Shown here one piece after another: positions 42,927 through 54,231 of a stretch of DNA of 64,000 nt (position 1 is its first letter; the number at the start of each line of letters is the position of its first letter). The notes beneath the pieces are model-generated. The model was not told the origin of the DNA. It was given only the letters and a program-made list of their open reading frames with translations, and ran no database searches. The position numbers were made by a program, and so were the translations under genes. Source of the stretch: an uncultured Pseudomonadota bacterium (GTDB lineage Bacteria > Pseudomonadota > Alphaproteobacteria > Acetobacterales > Acetobacteraceae); assembly GCA_963737355.1 (NCBI GenBank), contig CAVTSC010000002.1, positions 227,907 to 291,906 of the forward strand, read 5' to 3'.

Positions 42927-43271
42927 GAGCCGGCCTGATCGTTCCGGCGCCAGGCGAACGCTTGGCGCCGGCCGCTTGCTCGGCGGCCGGAACTCATTCC
43001 ATGTTCTGGATCGCGAAACGGCCGAGGCGTCATGCGTGGACGAAAGGTCTTGCTGTACTTCGCGTGGAGCCGCCCCGGTGAGACCGGCGCGCCTCTTACC
43101 GCCATCGACGACCGGTTTTTAGCTATCTTTGAGCTTCGGCGACGGTTCTATCAAAGGCGATTTCATGGCAGCCCGTGAGTTGGTGCTCGTGCGGGTCCTC
43201 ATCTGGCGCAAATTCTTCACGCTGGCGCCACTCTTGGCGAGCCGTGCCGTCTCCAGGGTCTCCTTCTCGTC

Positions 43272-44801
43272 TCACTCAGGTGCCGCGCCAAGCGATCCCG
43301 TCGAGAGGGCGAGCGTCGCGGCAGCCGACAGCGCCGTGAAGTAAGCATCCGTGGCCCCATTCTTCGCCTGAAGGAGTTGGGTTTCCGCCAGCGTCAAATC
43401 TGTGATCGAGCCAACTCCGTTGCGATAGGCGGCCAACGCCGAATCAAACGTCGTCTGCGCCGCCATCTCCAAAGCTTGCGAGGCCGAATAGGTGGAGAGG
43501 CTGGTGCGTAGGGCATTGTCTGCGCCCACGATCTGCTGCACCGCGTCTTCCTGTACCTGGGTCAACTGGGCGTCGGCGCTGTCTGCCGCTGCCCGGGCTT
43601 GGTCGAGTTCCGCATCGCGCGTGCCGCCATCGTAGAGCGGGATTGTCACACCGGCGAAGATGCTGCCGCCGAGGTGATCGCCGTTGATGTTGACTGTCGG
43701 GGGCTGCTGGCCGACAGATGGGAGGCTTGTCACGTTCAGGTTCCCGGAATTGTAAATGCCGGCTGCCGAAAGGAAGAATTTCGGCATGAACTCCGCTTGC
43801 GCCGCCCGGACGTTTGCGAGGCTGGCCTGTTGCGCGGCATAGGCGCTCTGCAGGTCCGGCCGGCGAGTGAGGGCTTCTGAGATGATGCTTTCGACGGGTG
43901 CCGCCATCGACGGCGAGAGCTTGCGGCCCGACACGTCCGCGACCTTGATTTTCGTCAGCGGCGAGATGCCCATCGCCGTGATCAAGGCGAGATAGGTGTC
44001 CTGCGCTTCCCCGGTCGCCTGCACCACAGCCAAATTGGCCTGAGCGGTCGTCTGGCGCGCTTGGGCGATCTCCGTGACCGTCCCGACGCCATGCCCGTAG
44101 CGGTCCTCCACGGCGGCCTGAACGTCCCGAGCATTCTTCAGGGATTGCGTCGCCGTCGTGAGGCGCGCCTGGGCCGCTGCGTGATTATAGAAAGCGAGGG
44201 TGACGCTGTAGATCAGTTGCTGATGTGCGGTGGTGAACGCGATGTTAGAGATCACCGATCCCTGTTTCGCCGCATCCACCACGGCAGCGCGCTCCCCAAA
44301 GTCGAAGAGGAGCCATTGCAGGGACACTGCCGAGACGGTGCCATCCAGTGAGGAATTGCTGCCGAAGCTCGTCCCAAGCGCCGTTTGGTTGCCGCTGCTG
44401 CCCTGATAGCCGCCGAGCGCGCCCACGGTGATGTCCGGGAGGAAGGCGCTCTCGACAATCCCGGCGGCAAGCGCTGCCCGCCGCGCGTCGTTCCATGCTA
44501 TTCGGGTGGCCGGGCTGCTGGATTCCGCGAGATCGATCAGCTCCGGAAGTGAATAGAATCGAGACGCATCGATGCTCTGCGGCGGCGGGATGTTTCCGAG
44601 GGCTGGATTGGCGGGCAACACATAGCCATCCGCCGTTGGTGTAGCTTGGTGCGCGCCGGCGATGATTTCGCCGCTCTCTGTCGTGGCCGGTACCCATGGC
44701 TGGTCAGGCCGCTCCGGCGCCATATCGAGCGCCGAAGTCGCGCAGCCGGCAAGCCAGACCGAAACGAGGACGGCGGTAATGGCGCCTTCAAGCCGACGCA
44801 T
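43272..44801 (-). CDS. TolC-family outer membrane efflux lipoprotein (MdtP-like)
   Basis: LAGC lipobox, WLLFDFG, TIPLYDGG. Confidence 0.9.
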   Translation of the reverse strand: MRRLEGAITAVLVSVWLAGCATSALDMAPERPDQPWVPATTESGEIIAGAHQATPTADGYVLPANPALGNIPPPQSIDASRFYSLPELIDLAESSSPATRIAWNDARRAALAAGIVESAFLPDITVGALGGYQGSSGNQTALGTSFGSNSSLDGTVSAVSLQWLLFDFGERAAVVDAAKQGSVISNIAFTTAHQQLIYSVTLAFYNHAAAQARLTTATQSLKNARDVQAAVEDRYGHGVGTVTEIAQARQTTAQANLAVVQATGEAQDTYLALITAMGISPLTKIKVADVSGRKLSPSMAAPVESIISEALTRRPDLQSAYAAQQASLANVRAAQAEFMPKFFLSAAGIYNSGNLNVTSLPSVGQQPPTVNINGDHLGGSIFAGVTIPLYDGGTRDAELDQARAAADSADAQLTQVQEDAVQQIVGADNALRTSLSTYSASQALEMAAQTTFDSALAAYRNGVGSITDLTLAETQLLQAKNGATDAYFTALSAAATLALSTGSLGAAPE

Positions 44802-46812
44802 AGCCGGCCGTTCCTTGGGGTGCGTGTTCCGATCTGTTCGCGACAAGCTGTTCCAACCTCGTCAGAGACGCATCGAGGGCTGCCACAACCGGGCTCGGGG
44901 TGACCGGGCGTGGGATAGGCTCGGGTCCATCGGGAGCGCCCGCCATCGCCGGGGCGCCGGCGGGCGTTATCGCGCTGCCGAAGCTCTCCGCGAGGCGTTC
45001 GAGGCGGTGCGCCGTGCCATCGAGGCCGGCGGCCTGCTGATCGGCACCGATCAGCAGCGGCCCCTGCAGAGACGAGAGGATGCGGGCGATTCCCCGCCGC
45101 TCGTCCAGCCAGCCCGGCGCCGGACGGATCGAGACGGGCTCAAAATGGGTGAGGTCGAGATCCTGCTCGATGGCCGCAAGTTGGGCACGCGCCTGGACCG
45201 CGCCCCTCCAGCGCTGCGGCGTACTCGCCGCCGAGACCACGGCCGCGAGCTGACGCAGCAATGCTGCGAGCGCCGGATTGATGCGTCCGGCAATCGTCAC
45301 CGGCCAGATCTGGGTGAAGACGACCGCAACCACGAGATCGCCGAAGAGGATGCCGATGGTCCGGTCCCGCGCGATCGTCATGTCGAAGGCGGGTGCTGAG
45401 CCCTGGACCACGCTGAGGAAGAACGCAAAGGCGAGCTGGAACCCGAAATAGGAGATGCGTGGGCCGCCGGCGGCGATCCAGCCCGAGGCGAGAGCAGCCA
45501 GAAAGACGACCCCCATCAACCCGCCGATCGACGTGACGTTGGGCATCAGGAAGACAATGGCCGCGAGGCCCACGGCGGCGCCGATCGTGCATCCCAGGAA
45601 TCGAAGCGTCTGCTTCTCCACTGTCTCGGCCGCGGTGCCGAGGGAGACGATGTAGCAGGTGATCAGGCAGGTATGGATGCCGGGCCAGTCGAGCAGCAGA
45701 TAAACGACGTAGCAGAACATCGCAGCGCCGGTAGTCTTCAATGCGAAATGGACATGCGCAGGGTTCGTAAATGCGTCCGGAAGAAAGAAGCCGCCTTTGG
45801 GCTTCGCCGCCGGCTGCGGGGCTTGGTCCGGCGGGGGCGGCTCGGCGAAGGCCGATAGCGCCGAGTGCAGCTCCGAGAGCGCAGCAGCGGCGAGTGGTGC
45901 GAGTGCTGCCTCGTCCTCGCGGACGGCCAGTTCGATCTCGACCGGAAAACCGCCCATGCCGAGGATGGCGGCCATTGCATCAAGGGTCTCGGCGATGCGC
46001 TGCCGAAGGGTGGCGGGAGGCAGAAGCTCGGGGGTGCTGGTGAGGAAATCCACCACCGACAGGATCACGATCGTCGATTGCGAGGCTTGCTGCAGGGCGG
46101 CGATGTCCTGCCCCGGCGATGTTCTCTCAATGCCGGCCAGTTTCAACCATACCGGGATTTCGCCGGGGCCCTCGTGCAGGTATTCTTCGAACGCCTTCCG
46201 CATGTGCGCGTCAGGCGCACGAAGCAGTGCACCGGCGACGCGAAGCCGATGCGCCAACGCCCGCTCGGCAAGCCGTCTGGGGGCCGGCCCGAGAATGAGA
46301 TTGACCACGATGCAAATGCCGGCCGGAATCCCGACGAAGAGCCAGACATAAAGGATCCCGCGGGTCGCCAGTTCACCGCCCGGCACGTTGCCGAGGAGAT
46401 CGAGCGCATAGGCCGTGATCAAAGCGACGATTCCGGCGACCGGCTTGAGTTTACTCGCCGATGCCGCGAAGGTCAGGCAGAAGGACACGAGCGTCATGGC
46501 CGTGACGCGCCAGAGCGGCTGTTCGATGACCTGCATGGTGAGCAGCAGCAGGACGCCGACGATGAGCGAGATCAGCACAAGCATCACAATGCTCGTGAGG
46601 ACGCTCGCCGCTCGATCGGGCTTCATCACGAAGAACGCGACATATATTGCCAAAGCCGGCTCGGGCGTCTGGTAGATCTCAACGACGACCGCGGTGAGGG
46701 CGCAGATGAGCCCCAGCCGGACCGAGAACTCCAGCCGCCCCGGAAAGGGCGCCAGAAGGGCTCCAATCCTTTCGAAAAAGGGCTCTCTTCGTTCAATTGC
46801 AGCCAGGGCCAT
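44788..46812 (-). CDS. FUSC-family membrane protein (MdtO-like)
   Basis: PFPGRLEF, WPGIHTCLITC; position in the operon. Confidence 0.88.
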   Translation of the reverse strand: MALAAIERREPFFERIGALLAPFPGRLEFSVRLGLICALTAVVVEIYQTPEPALAIYVAFFVMKPDRAASVLTSIVMLVLISLIVGVLLLLTMQVIEQPLWRVTAMTLVSFCLTFAASASKLKPVAGIVALITAYALDLLGNVPGGELATRGILYVWLFVGIPAGICIVVNLILGPAPRRLAERALAHRLRVAGALLRAPDAHMRKAFEEYLHEGPGEIPVWLKLAGIERTSPGQDIAALQQASQSTIVILSVVDFLTSTPELLPPATLRQRIAETLDAMAAILGMGGFPVEIELAVREDEAALAPLAAAALSELHSALSAFAEPPPPDQAPQPAAKPKGGFFLPDAFTNPAHVHFALKTTGAAMFCYVVYLLLDWPGIHTCLITCYIVSLGTAAETVEKQTLRFLGCTIGAAVGLAAIVFLMPNVTSIGGLMGVVFLAALASGWIAAGGPRISYFGFQLAFAFFLSVVQGSAPAFDMTIARDRTIGILFGDLVVAVVFTQIWPVTIAGRINPALAALLRQLAAVVSAASTPQRWRGAVQARAQLAAIEQDLDLTHFEPVSIRPAPGWLDERRGIARILSSLQGPLLIGADQQAAGLDGTAHRLERLAESFGSAITPAGAPAMAGAPDGPEPIPRPVTPSPVVAALDASLTRLEQLVANRSEHAPQGTAGYASA

Positions 46813-47842
46813 GCTTCATCTCAACGACAGCAGTGGCGCCGAGCCTCACGAGCGTCTGAGGGGGATCGACGAGACGGATACGGACCGGGAAGCGCTGGGC
46901 CACGATCACCCAGTTAAGCGAGCGCTCGACATAGGGAACGGAGCGCGGGATGTCGACGAGGTCGGAGTCGAGTACGCCAGCGCCGAGGCCCTGGACGACA
47001 CCTTTGATCGCCACCGTGCGATCGATCATGGAATAGACTGTCGCGCAATCGCCCACGGCTATTACAGGCAGGTCGGTCTCGCGGAAATTCCCGACCGCGA
47101 ACCATTCCTCGTTGTTGACCAGGGTGAACAGGCTCTGTCCCGGCGCCACCATTTCCCCGCTTAGGACGGAGAGGCCGACCACCTGTCCCGCATGGGTCGC
47201 GCGGACGGTCGTGTCCTGAAGATTACGCTCGGCAATCGCCAGTTCGGCTTCGCGAGCCTGCACTGTTGCGACGGCGGCGTCGTCTGTATCGATCGCCTCG
47301 ACGGCTGCGGCTTCTTGCTCCTGCGCTTGTTGGAGCGAGGTAATAGCGTCCCGCTGTGTCGTCTCAGCCTGGTCGAGCTGTTGGCTCGGCACATAGCCGC
47401 TGGCGGCGAGTGGGCGAAGCCGTTCGACCGTGCGCGTGGCAAGATCGAGATTCGTCTCGGCGCTCTGGCTCTGATCGGCCGCCACGGCCGCGGCCGATCG
47501 TTGCGTCGACAGGTGGCGGCGCTGTGTCTCAAGCGTGGCTTTTGCGACCGCGAGATTGGCCCGTGCCCGATCGACCGCGTCCTGGTAGGGCACCGGGTCG
47601 ATCTGGAAGAGCAGGTCGCCCTCCTTGACGCGGGAATTCTCTTCGACCGGTATGTTGATAATTCGGCCGCTGACTTCTGCCGCGATGTGGACGATTTCGG
47701 CATCGATGCTTGCGTCATCGGTCGTCGGCATGATCTGGCTGCGGTATAGCGCATAAAGCCCCAAGCCGGCCGCCACCGCGATGATCACGAGTGAGAGAAG
47801 GATGGTCAAGGGAGCGCGACGACGAATGCCTGCTGCTTTCAT
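46793..47842 (-). CDS. mdtN: Membrane fusion protein MdtN
   Basis: TDDASIDA, LFQIDP, NWVIVAQRFPVRI; likely start MKAAG. Confidence 0.88.
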   Translation of the reverse strand: MKAAGIRRRAPLTILLSLVIIAVAAGLGLYALYRSQIMPTTDDASIDAEIVHIAAEVSGRIINIPVEENSRVKEGDLLFQIDPVPYQDAVDRARANLAVAKATLETQRRHLSTQRSAAAVAADQSQSAETNLDLATRTVERLRPLAASGYVPSQQLDQAETTQRDAITSLQQAQEQEAAAVEAIDTDDAAVATVQAREAELAIAERNLQDTTVRATHAGQVVGLSVLSGEMVAPGQSLFTLVNNEEWFAVGNFRETDLPVIAVGDCATVYSMIDRTVAIKGVVQGLGAGVLDSDLVDIPRSVPYVERSLNWVIVAQRFPVRIRLVDPPQTLVRLGATAVVEMKHGPGCN

Positions 47843-47844
47843 GG

Positions 47845-48126
47845 CTACTGTCCGAACCAAAGCAGCCAGGCGAGAAGTCCGCAGCACAGGCCGAGTGCCG
47901 CACAGACGAACAACTGAAACGGCAGGACACTTGCGAGCCCCGAGGCAACGAAGCCGACGCGGACGGCGATTGCCGCGACGATCCCGATGAACGCGCAGAA
48001 CATCCAGCCCGGAAAGTAGGATCCGGCGAGCACGAAAGAGGGCGCGCCGGACAGGGCGCATCCGCTGAGCGCGGTTGCCAGCCATGGCGCCCAGACCAGA
48101 GATTTGAACGCACGATGCCCCTTCAT
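47845..48126 (-). CDS. YtcA-family lipoprotein
   Basis: LSGC lipobox, APSFVLAGSYFPGWM; upstream of mdtN. Confidence 0.8.
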   Translation of the reverse strand: MKGHRAFKSLVWAPWLATALSGCALSGAPSFVLAGSYFPGWMFCAFIGIVAAIAVRVGFVASGLASVLPFQLFVCAALGLCCGLLAWLLWFGQ

Positions 48127-48330
48127 GATTGGACGATCGAGCGAGCGTTCGCCGGTGGACTTGTATCCCATACCACGCCGAGTGACGCGATGAGATCGGC
48201 CTTTCGAGCCGGCACAATCATGGCAGCATACCTGCCGCAGGGCTGGATTGATCAAGTTGTGGTTCCAATGCAGGCTCATCCAGGTCAGCGATAAGTCGCG
48301 CGTCGAGAGCCCGGCGCACGCCCGATGTCA

Positions 48331-50049
48331 TCAGGGGATGTTCTCGACGATCATCTCCCACACGTCGCGGCCCTTGCCGTGCAACATGGCCTTGGAACTG
48401 TAGACCGCCATGCCAACCACGGCCTCGGGCGAGACGAGCGGGGAGGGCGGCACCACGAGCTGCATTGGATTGACTTTCACGTCCAGTAGGGCCGGACCGG
48501 GATGCGCGAGCCAAGCCTCTACGGCTCCCTCCAGGTCGCCCGCCTTCGTGACGCATCGCCCCCAAAGCCCCATCGCCTCGGCGACTTTGCCGAAATCTGG
48601 GTTTTTCAGATCGGTGAAGATGGGAACCATGCCGACGGATTTCTGCTCGATATCGATGAAACCGAGCTTGCCGTTGTCGAAGATCACGATCTTGATCGGC
48701 ACGTTCTCCTGCACCACGGTCAGCAGATCGCCGAGCAGCATGGAGAAGCCGCCATCGCCGGCCATGCAGACCACTTGGCGGCTGGGCTGGCACTTCTGCA
48801 ATCCGATGGCCGACGGCATCCCGCTCGCCATCGTGCCGTGCAGAAGGCTGCTGAAGGTTCGCCGTTTTCCGTTCGTATCGATATGGCGAAGCGTCCAGAC
48901 CAACACAGTGCCGTCGTCGGCAGTGAACAACGCATCCTCGGCCGCATGCTTGTTGATGACCTTGGCGAGATATGTTCCGGCGATGGAGGCGTCAGGGCCA
49001 GAGACTGTTTCAGCGTCCGCCTCAGCTTGCGTCTTTTGGTGGCGCTCCAGATATTTGGCGAGGAATTTTTCGTCCTCATGCTGCTCGAGACGGGGCAGTA
49101 GCGCGTCCAAAGTTGCCTTGATGTCGCCGACTGCGCCGATCGTCACCGGGTGCCGGCGGCCGAGATGGGTCGGATCAACGTCAATCTGGATGATCTTGGC
49201 TTTGTTAGGATAGAACTGGCTCCAGGCAAAATCGGCCCCCAGAAGCAGCAGCACGTCGCAATCAAGTATGGCGTGGTAGCCCGCTGGTTGGCCAAGAATG
49301 CCGGTCATGCCGACATTGTAGGGATTGTCGTATTCGATGAAATCCTTGCCGCGTGAGGTATGCGCTACCGGGGCTTTGAGCCGCGCCGCCGTGGCGACCA
49401 CTTCGTCATGGGCCCCCTCACAGCCGGCACCGGCATAGACCGTAATCGCCTTGCTCCCGTTGAGGAGGGCAGCAATCTCGTCGAGATCGCCGTCGATCGG
49501 GCGGATGAGCGGGCGCCGCACCTGCACGGCGTACGGCGCTTCATCGTGCGCCGCGGCGTTGGCAATATCCGCCGGCACGACCAGCACGGCGACGCCGCGC
49601 TTCGTCAGCGCTGCCTGGCAGGCCGCCACGACCTTGCGCCGTGCCTGCTCGGGCGTCAGGATCATCTCGCAATAGACGCTGCAACCCTTGTACACTTCAT
49701 TGAAGTCGACCTCCTGGATCGACTGGAACCCGATGTCTTGCCGAACGATTTGGCTCGCGATCAGGATCACCGGCGCGCGATTGCGGTTGGCCTCGTAAAG
49801 CCCGTTGATGAAATGGAGGCTGCCGGGACCACAGGATCCAGCGCAGGCGGTGAGCTGACCTGTGAACTGCGCCTCGGCTCCGGCCGCGAATGCGCCGGCC
49901 TCTTCGTGTCGCATGTGGACCCAGTCGATCTCGCTGCGATTGATGGCATCCGCGACCCGGTTCAGTGTGTCCCCGACGATGCCGTAGCACCTCTTCACGC
50001 CGGCTGCCTGCAGCGTCTCGATCAGTATATCGGCCACTCTCTTGCTCAT
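48331..50049 (-). CDS. poxB: ThDP-dependent pyruvate oxidase/dehydrogenase (PoxB-like)
   Basis: YGIVGDTLN, RHEEAGAFAA, GSCGPG, GDGGFSM. Confidence 0.9.
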   Translation of the reverse strand: MSKRVADILIETLQAAGVKRCYGIVGDTLNRVADAINRSEIDWVHMRHEEAGAFAAGAEAQFTGQLTACAGSCGPGSLHFINGLYEANRNRAPVILIASQIVRQDIGFQSIQEVDFNEVYKGCSVYCEMILTPEQARRKVVAACQAALTKRGVAVLVVPADIANAAAHDEAPYAVQVRRPLIRPIDGDLDEIAALLNGSKAITVYAGAGCEGAHDEVVATAARLKAPVAHTSRGKDFIEYDNPYNVGMTGILGQPAGYHAILDCDVLLLLGADFAWSQFYPNKAKIIQIDVDPTHLGRRHPVTIGAVGDIKATLDALLPRLEQHEDEKFLAKYLERHQKTQAEADAETVSGPDASIAGTYLAKVINKHAAEDALFTADDGTVLVWTLRHIDTNGKRRTFSSLLHGTMASGMPSAIGLQKCQPSRQVVCMAGDGGFSMLLGDLLTVVQENVPIKIVIFDNGKLGFIDIEQKSVGMVPIFTDLKNPDFGKVAEAMGLWGRCVTKAGDLEGAVEAWLAHPGPALLDVKVNPMQLVVPPSPLVSPEAVVGMAVYSSKAMLHGKGRDVWEMIVENIP

Positions 50050-50599
50050 TGCGGACCCTTCACATGTTGTTGTGTCATCTCCCCGACGGGAGCTCCGGCG
50101 CCGCATCGGATGAGGCTCCCTCGCGCGAACCGTTGCGGTCCTGACGTCAAGCTTCAACCGGCGCGAAAGCCGCTTGCCCAAAGGTTGCGCTGAGGCTGTT
50201 TTCGAACATATCCCCCTGATGGGGGGATGCGCTGGGCTGCACGGGGGGGGGCGTTGTCCGCCGCAGCGACATTGCCGCGACCATCTGCAGGCTGCCATGT
50301 GGCGATCTGCGCGATGCAATCGTATGGCGCTTCGAGCGGGTGCGAGGCGCTAGACAGCGCGTAGCGAGCCGCTCCGGCGCTCGAATTGCCGGCGGAGGGG
50401 AAGGTCCTCCTGCAGACCCTCGGCGAGCTGCCTTCGGATGGTGGTGATCACGGACCAGTTAATGCAAATGCAGCGACAGCAGGTCGGACCGTTCGGCGTG
50501 AAAGCGGCAGATACCCCTCAAGAGGCCCGGCGCCCCCCCAACCGGGGGATATAGATAAGTCGCCAACGCGTGCAAATCCCCACAAGGTCAACCAAGGAG

Positions 50600-50830
50600 A
50601 TTCCTGTGACAGGAGCAGCAGCGTACATGGCGGCAGCTTTGCATAAAGTGGGTGTGAAGCGGGTCTATGGCATTGCCGGTGACTCCCTGAACGGATTTGC
50701 CGATGCGCTCAGAAAGCAGGGCCATCGAATGGGTCCGTATGCGCCATGAGGAAGGTGCCGCTTTCGCGGCCGCCGGTGAAGCGCATGTCACGGGCAAGCG
50801 CGCCGTCTGCGCTGGAAGTGCCGCTGATAG
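50600..50830 (+). pseudogene. Second poxB 5' remnant
   Basis: GVKRVYGIAGDSLNGFADAL / IEWVRMRHEEGAAFAAAGEA...AVCAGS, frameshifted and truncated. Confidence 0.75.
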
Positions 50831-50975
50831 CCACGCTCGACCAAATCTATCATTTCGGTATGTTTACCATGATGGCGGTGCTGGATGGGCGCGCCACAGA
50901 GCTGATCGAGCTCGCGAAAGTCAATCTCACGCGCTGAACTTTCCCTAAAATCTACGATTTTTGAGGACCCCCGTT

Positions 50976-52391
50976 ATGGAATACACGGCCTTGTTTTTGT
51001 CGCGGCTGCAGTTTGCCTTTACCGTCTCGTTCCACATTATTTTTCCTTCCTTCACCATCGGTCTGGGTGCTTGGCTCTCGCTGCTGGAAGGCATGCATCT
51101 GGCGACCAAACGGCCGGTCTACCGGCGGCTGTTTGAATTCTGGCTGAAGATTTTCGGAATCGCCTTCGGCCTCGGCGTCGTCTCGGGCATCGTGCTGGCT
51201 TTTGAGTTTGGCACTAACTGGAGCCGGCTCTCGCAAGCCTCCGGTCCTATCCAGGGACCGCTTCTTTCTTATGAAAGCTTTACGGCTTTTGCGGTCGAGG
51301 CATCCTTTTTCGGCGTGCTGATTTTTGGCCGCCCGCGCGTGACTCCGGCGCTCTATTTCTTCTCCACGCTGATGGTCGCTGTGGGCACCACCATGAGTGC
51401 GTTCTGGATCATGGTGAATAATAGCTGGATGCAGGCGCCGGTTGGTTATTCGGTCATCAACGGCGCTTATGTTCCAACCGACTGGGTAAAAATCATTTTC
51501 AGCCCGGTCGTATGGGTGCGTTTTCCGCATATGCTGGTGGCCGCTTATGTCACAGGTGCCTTCTGCGTAGCAGCAACAGGCGCCTGGTATCGCCTGCGCA
51601 GCGCCTATGCCGCTGAGGCCAAAACCATGCTGATTATGGGATTGATGCTGGCTTCCGTTTTGCTACCAATCCAGATGTTTTTGGGCCATCTGAATGGAGA
51701 TTACGTCCACGACCGCCAGCCGGTAAAATTTGCCGCCATCGAAGGTCGCTGGCATGACGAACAGCCCGCCGCCGAGGTTCTCATTGCCATTCCGGACGAA
51801 GCGCAGGGCAAAAACCTGTTCGCTCTCAAAATCCCCATTCTCGGCAGTATCATCGGTTCGATGAGTTTCGATTCCAAAGAGGTCGGGCTTGGCGATTTCC
51901 CACGCAACGATTGGCCGCCAGTGGCTATTCCATTTTACGCCTTCCGCGTCATGGTCGGCTGCGGCCTGCTGATGCTCGCCATCGCCTGGGCGGGCGCCTT
52001 TATGCTGTTACGCGACCAGCTTGAGCGCAACCGCCTTCTGCTCTGGGCGATTTTCTGCAGTTTCCCGCTTCCTTATATCGCGACCCTGACCGGTTGGTTT
52101 ACCGCCGAAGTCGGCCGCCAACCCTGGGTGATTTACGGGCTGATGCGCACAGCGGATGCCGTAACGCCGAGCCTGACCACCGGTGAAACCCTCATATCGA
52201 TGGGGATATTTGTCACCCTCCATTCCCTGATATTCAGCTTCGGCACATTTTACATCTACCGCCTTTTGCAGGCAGGCCCAGGTGGCAGCCCGGCCGGCCA
52301 ACCCTCCAATCCCAAACGGCCCTTGGCCATGGCCAGCGTCGAATCGCCTAGACTGGAAAGTCCCGGCTACGGCCAGGAGGCCGCGCCTTGA
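50976..52391 (+). CDS. cydA: Cytochrome bd-type (CioA-like) oxidase subunit I
   Basis: RLQFAFTVSFHIIFP, FEFGTNW, EVGRQPW; short Q-loop. Confidence 0.95.
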   Translation: MEYTALFLSRLQFAFTVSFHIIFPSFTIGLGAWLSLLEGMHLATKRPVYRRLFEFWLKIFGIAFGLGVVSGIVLAFEFGTNWSRLSQASGPIQGPLLSYESFTAFAVEASFFGVLIFGRPRVTPALYFFSTLMVAVGTTMSAFWIMVNNSWMQAPVGYSVINGAYVPTDWVKIIFSPVVWVRFPHMLVAAYVTGAFCVAATGAWYRLRSAYAAEAKTMLIMGLMLASVLLPIQMFLGHLNGDYVHDRQPVKFAAIEGRWHDEQPAAEVLIAIPDEAQGKNLFALKIPILGSIIGSMSFDSKEVGLGDFPRNDWPPVAIPFYAFRVMVGCGLLMLAIAWAGAFMLLRDQLERNRLLLWAIFCSFPLPYIATLTGWFTAEVGRQPWVIYGLMRTADAVTPSLTTGETLISMGIFVTLHSLIFSFGTFYIYRLLQAGPGGSPAGQPSNPKRPLAMASVESPRLESPGYGQEAAP

Positions 52392-53374
52392 TTTTCTTCT
52401 GGGTGGGCGCTTTGGCAATAACCATGCTGCTCTACGTCCTGCTGGACGGCTTTGACCTCGGCGTGGGAATTCTGTTTCTCTTCACGCGCGACGAAAAGCA
52501 TCGCCGGCAGATGCTCTCCGCGATCTTGCCGGTCTGGGATGGCAACGAAACGTGGCTTGTCCTGACTGCAACTATTCTCTTTGGTGCGTTCCCAATCGTC
52601 TATGCGGCAGTGCTGTCAGCGTTCTATCTGCCGATGATTGCCTTGCTGGCAGCCCTTATCCTGCGCGGGGTTGCCTTCGAGTTCCGTTACAAGGCCACCA
52701 AAATGCGTTGGTTCTGGGATCTCGGTTTCGGCGGGGGTTCGCTTGCCGCGACCTTCATCCAAGGCATGACCGTCGGCGCGCTGGTTGAAGGTGTTCCCCT
52801 ACACGCAGGCGTCTATACCGGCACCCTGCTCGGCTGGTTCAATTCCTTTTCCTGTTTTTGCGGTATCGGTCTCTGTTTCGGTTATACTTTGCTCGGCACC
52901 GCCTGGCTCGCGGGCAAAACAGAAGGCCGCATCCGTGACCGTGCCTATCAGCTCATGGGGATTGTTCTATCCGGCGTGTTCGCTTTCCTGGTTATCATCT
53001 TTATCTGGTCATTGCTGGTGCATCTCCCGATAATGCAACGTTGGACCCAACGGCCATATCTCGCGATTTTCCCAGCAATCGGGGCTGCAGCAGCTCTACG
53101 GCTAAGGGCCGCCATCGCCAAGCGACGCGATAGCGTGCTTTTCGCAATGAGTGCCGTGATTTTTCTCGCAGCTTTCGGAACCCTCGCCGTCTCGTTCTGG
53201 CCCTTCATGATTCCATTCACGGTGACGATCCAACAAGCGGCGGCGCCGTCTGCTTCGCTCTCCTTCATGTTCTGGGGGGCCGGCATTTTCGTTCTCCCGC
53301 TGACCCTTTTCTACACCGCTGCGGTGTACCGAATTTTTCGAGGAAAATTGTCGGAAAGCAGCGCCGAAGATTGA
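52388..53374 (+). CDS. cydB: Cytochrome bd-type oxidase subunit II
   Basis: LDGFDLGVG, PVWDGNETW, RGVAFEFR. Confidence 0.95.
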   Translation: MIFFWVGALAITMLLYVLLDGFDLGVGILFLFTRDEKHRRQMLSAILPVWDGNETWLVLTATILFGAFPIVYAAVLSAFYLPMIALLAALILRGVAFEFRYKATKMRWFWDLGFGGGSLAATFIQGMTVGALVEGVPLHAGVYTGTLLGWFNSFSCFCGIGLCFGYTLLGTAWLAGKTEGRIRDRAYQLMGIVLSGVFAFLVIIFIWSLLVHLPIMQRWTQRPYLAIFPAIGAAAALRLRAAIAKRRDSVLFAMSAVIFLAAFGTLAVSFWPFMIPFTVTIQQAAAPSASLSFMFWGAGIFVLPLTLFYTAAVYRIFRGKLSESSAED

Positions 53375-53410
53375 GTTGTTCCGCTTATCTAGCCTTAATC
53401 GTTGTCCGGC

Positions 53411-53965
53411 TCACGCGGGTGGCACAAAAACTCGTTCCGGAAAGGCTTTCTCCACGACGTCCAGGAAGGCACGGACCTTCGCCCCGACGAGCCGGCGAGA
53501 GCTTTGCAGTGCCCAGATCTCGACCGGCGGCCCGGCAAGTATTCCCCAAAGCGCAAGCCGGCCCGACGCGACATCATCGGCAACGAGTAATTTGGGCAGC
53601 ATCGCAGCGCCGGCGCCGGCCAGCACTGCGTCACGCACCATCATCAACGATGACAGACGCAGGACAGGCTCGGGCTTGAGAACGATATCGGCGCCGCGAT
53701 CCACGCGGATGCGCCAGGTGATGTCCAGCGGCATGGTGCTCAACAGGACGGCCCTCACGGCATGGTCGCCGAGCCCGTTTTCGTCGCGCATCGGCGATGG
53801 CAGATCGGGACGTGCCACGATCAGGCGCTCGTCGTTCAGAAAGCGGCGGCCGACGAGGCGATCATCCGGCGACGGATCAACCCGGATCACCAGGTCGTAG
53901 CCGTCCTCCACCGGATCGACCTTGCGATCCTCGGCGACAATCTCGAGCTGAACGTCCGGATACCC
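53411..53965 (-). pseudogene. LysR substrate-binding domain remnant (no HTH)
   Basis: YPDVQLEIVAEDRKVDPVEDGYDLVIR...KVRAFLD; upstream sequence is unrelated. Confidence 0.75.
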
Positions 53966-54231
53966 GAGGGTCGGCGCCGCGCGGTACCAGGCGTCCGTAC
54001 CTGCGTAGAATGCCAGTCCGCCCGCGATGCCAGACAAGTGAACTCGGGCATCAATCGCCGGGGCAGCAAAGATAGTCAGCTTCGTTAAGAGGCGATTGCG
54101 CGACTGAATGCCGCCTCCAGGACCAGCAGCGCAGCCGATTTGGAGTGCCAGGCCCTCACACTTTAGCCTGCCGCACAGTCTCAAAGTCGCTTGCCGGGGG
54201 CTGACCGGACAGTTCCGGCGCGCGGAACAGA

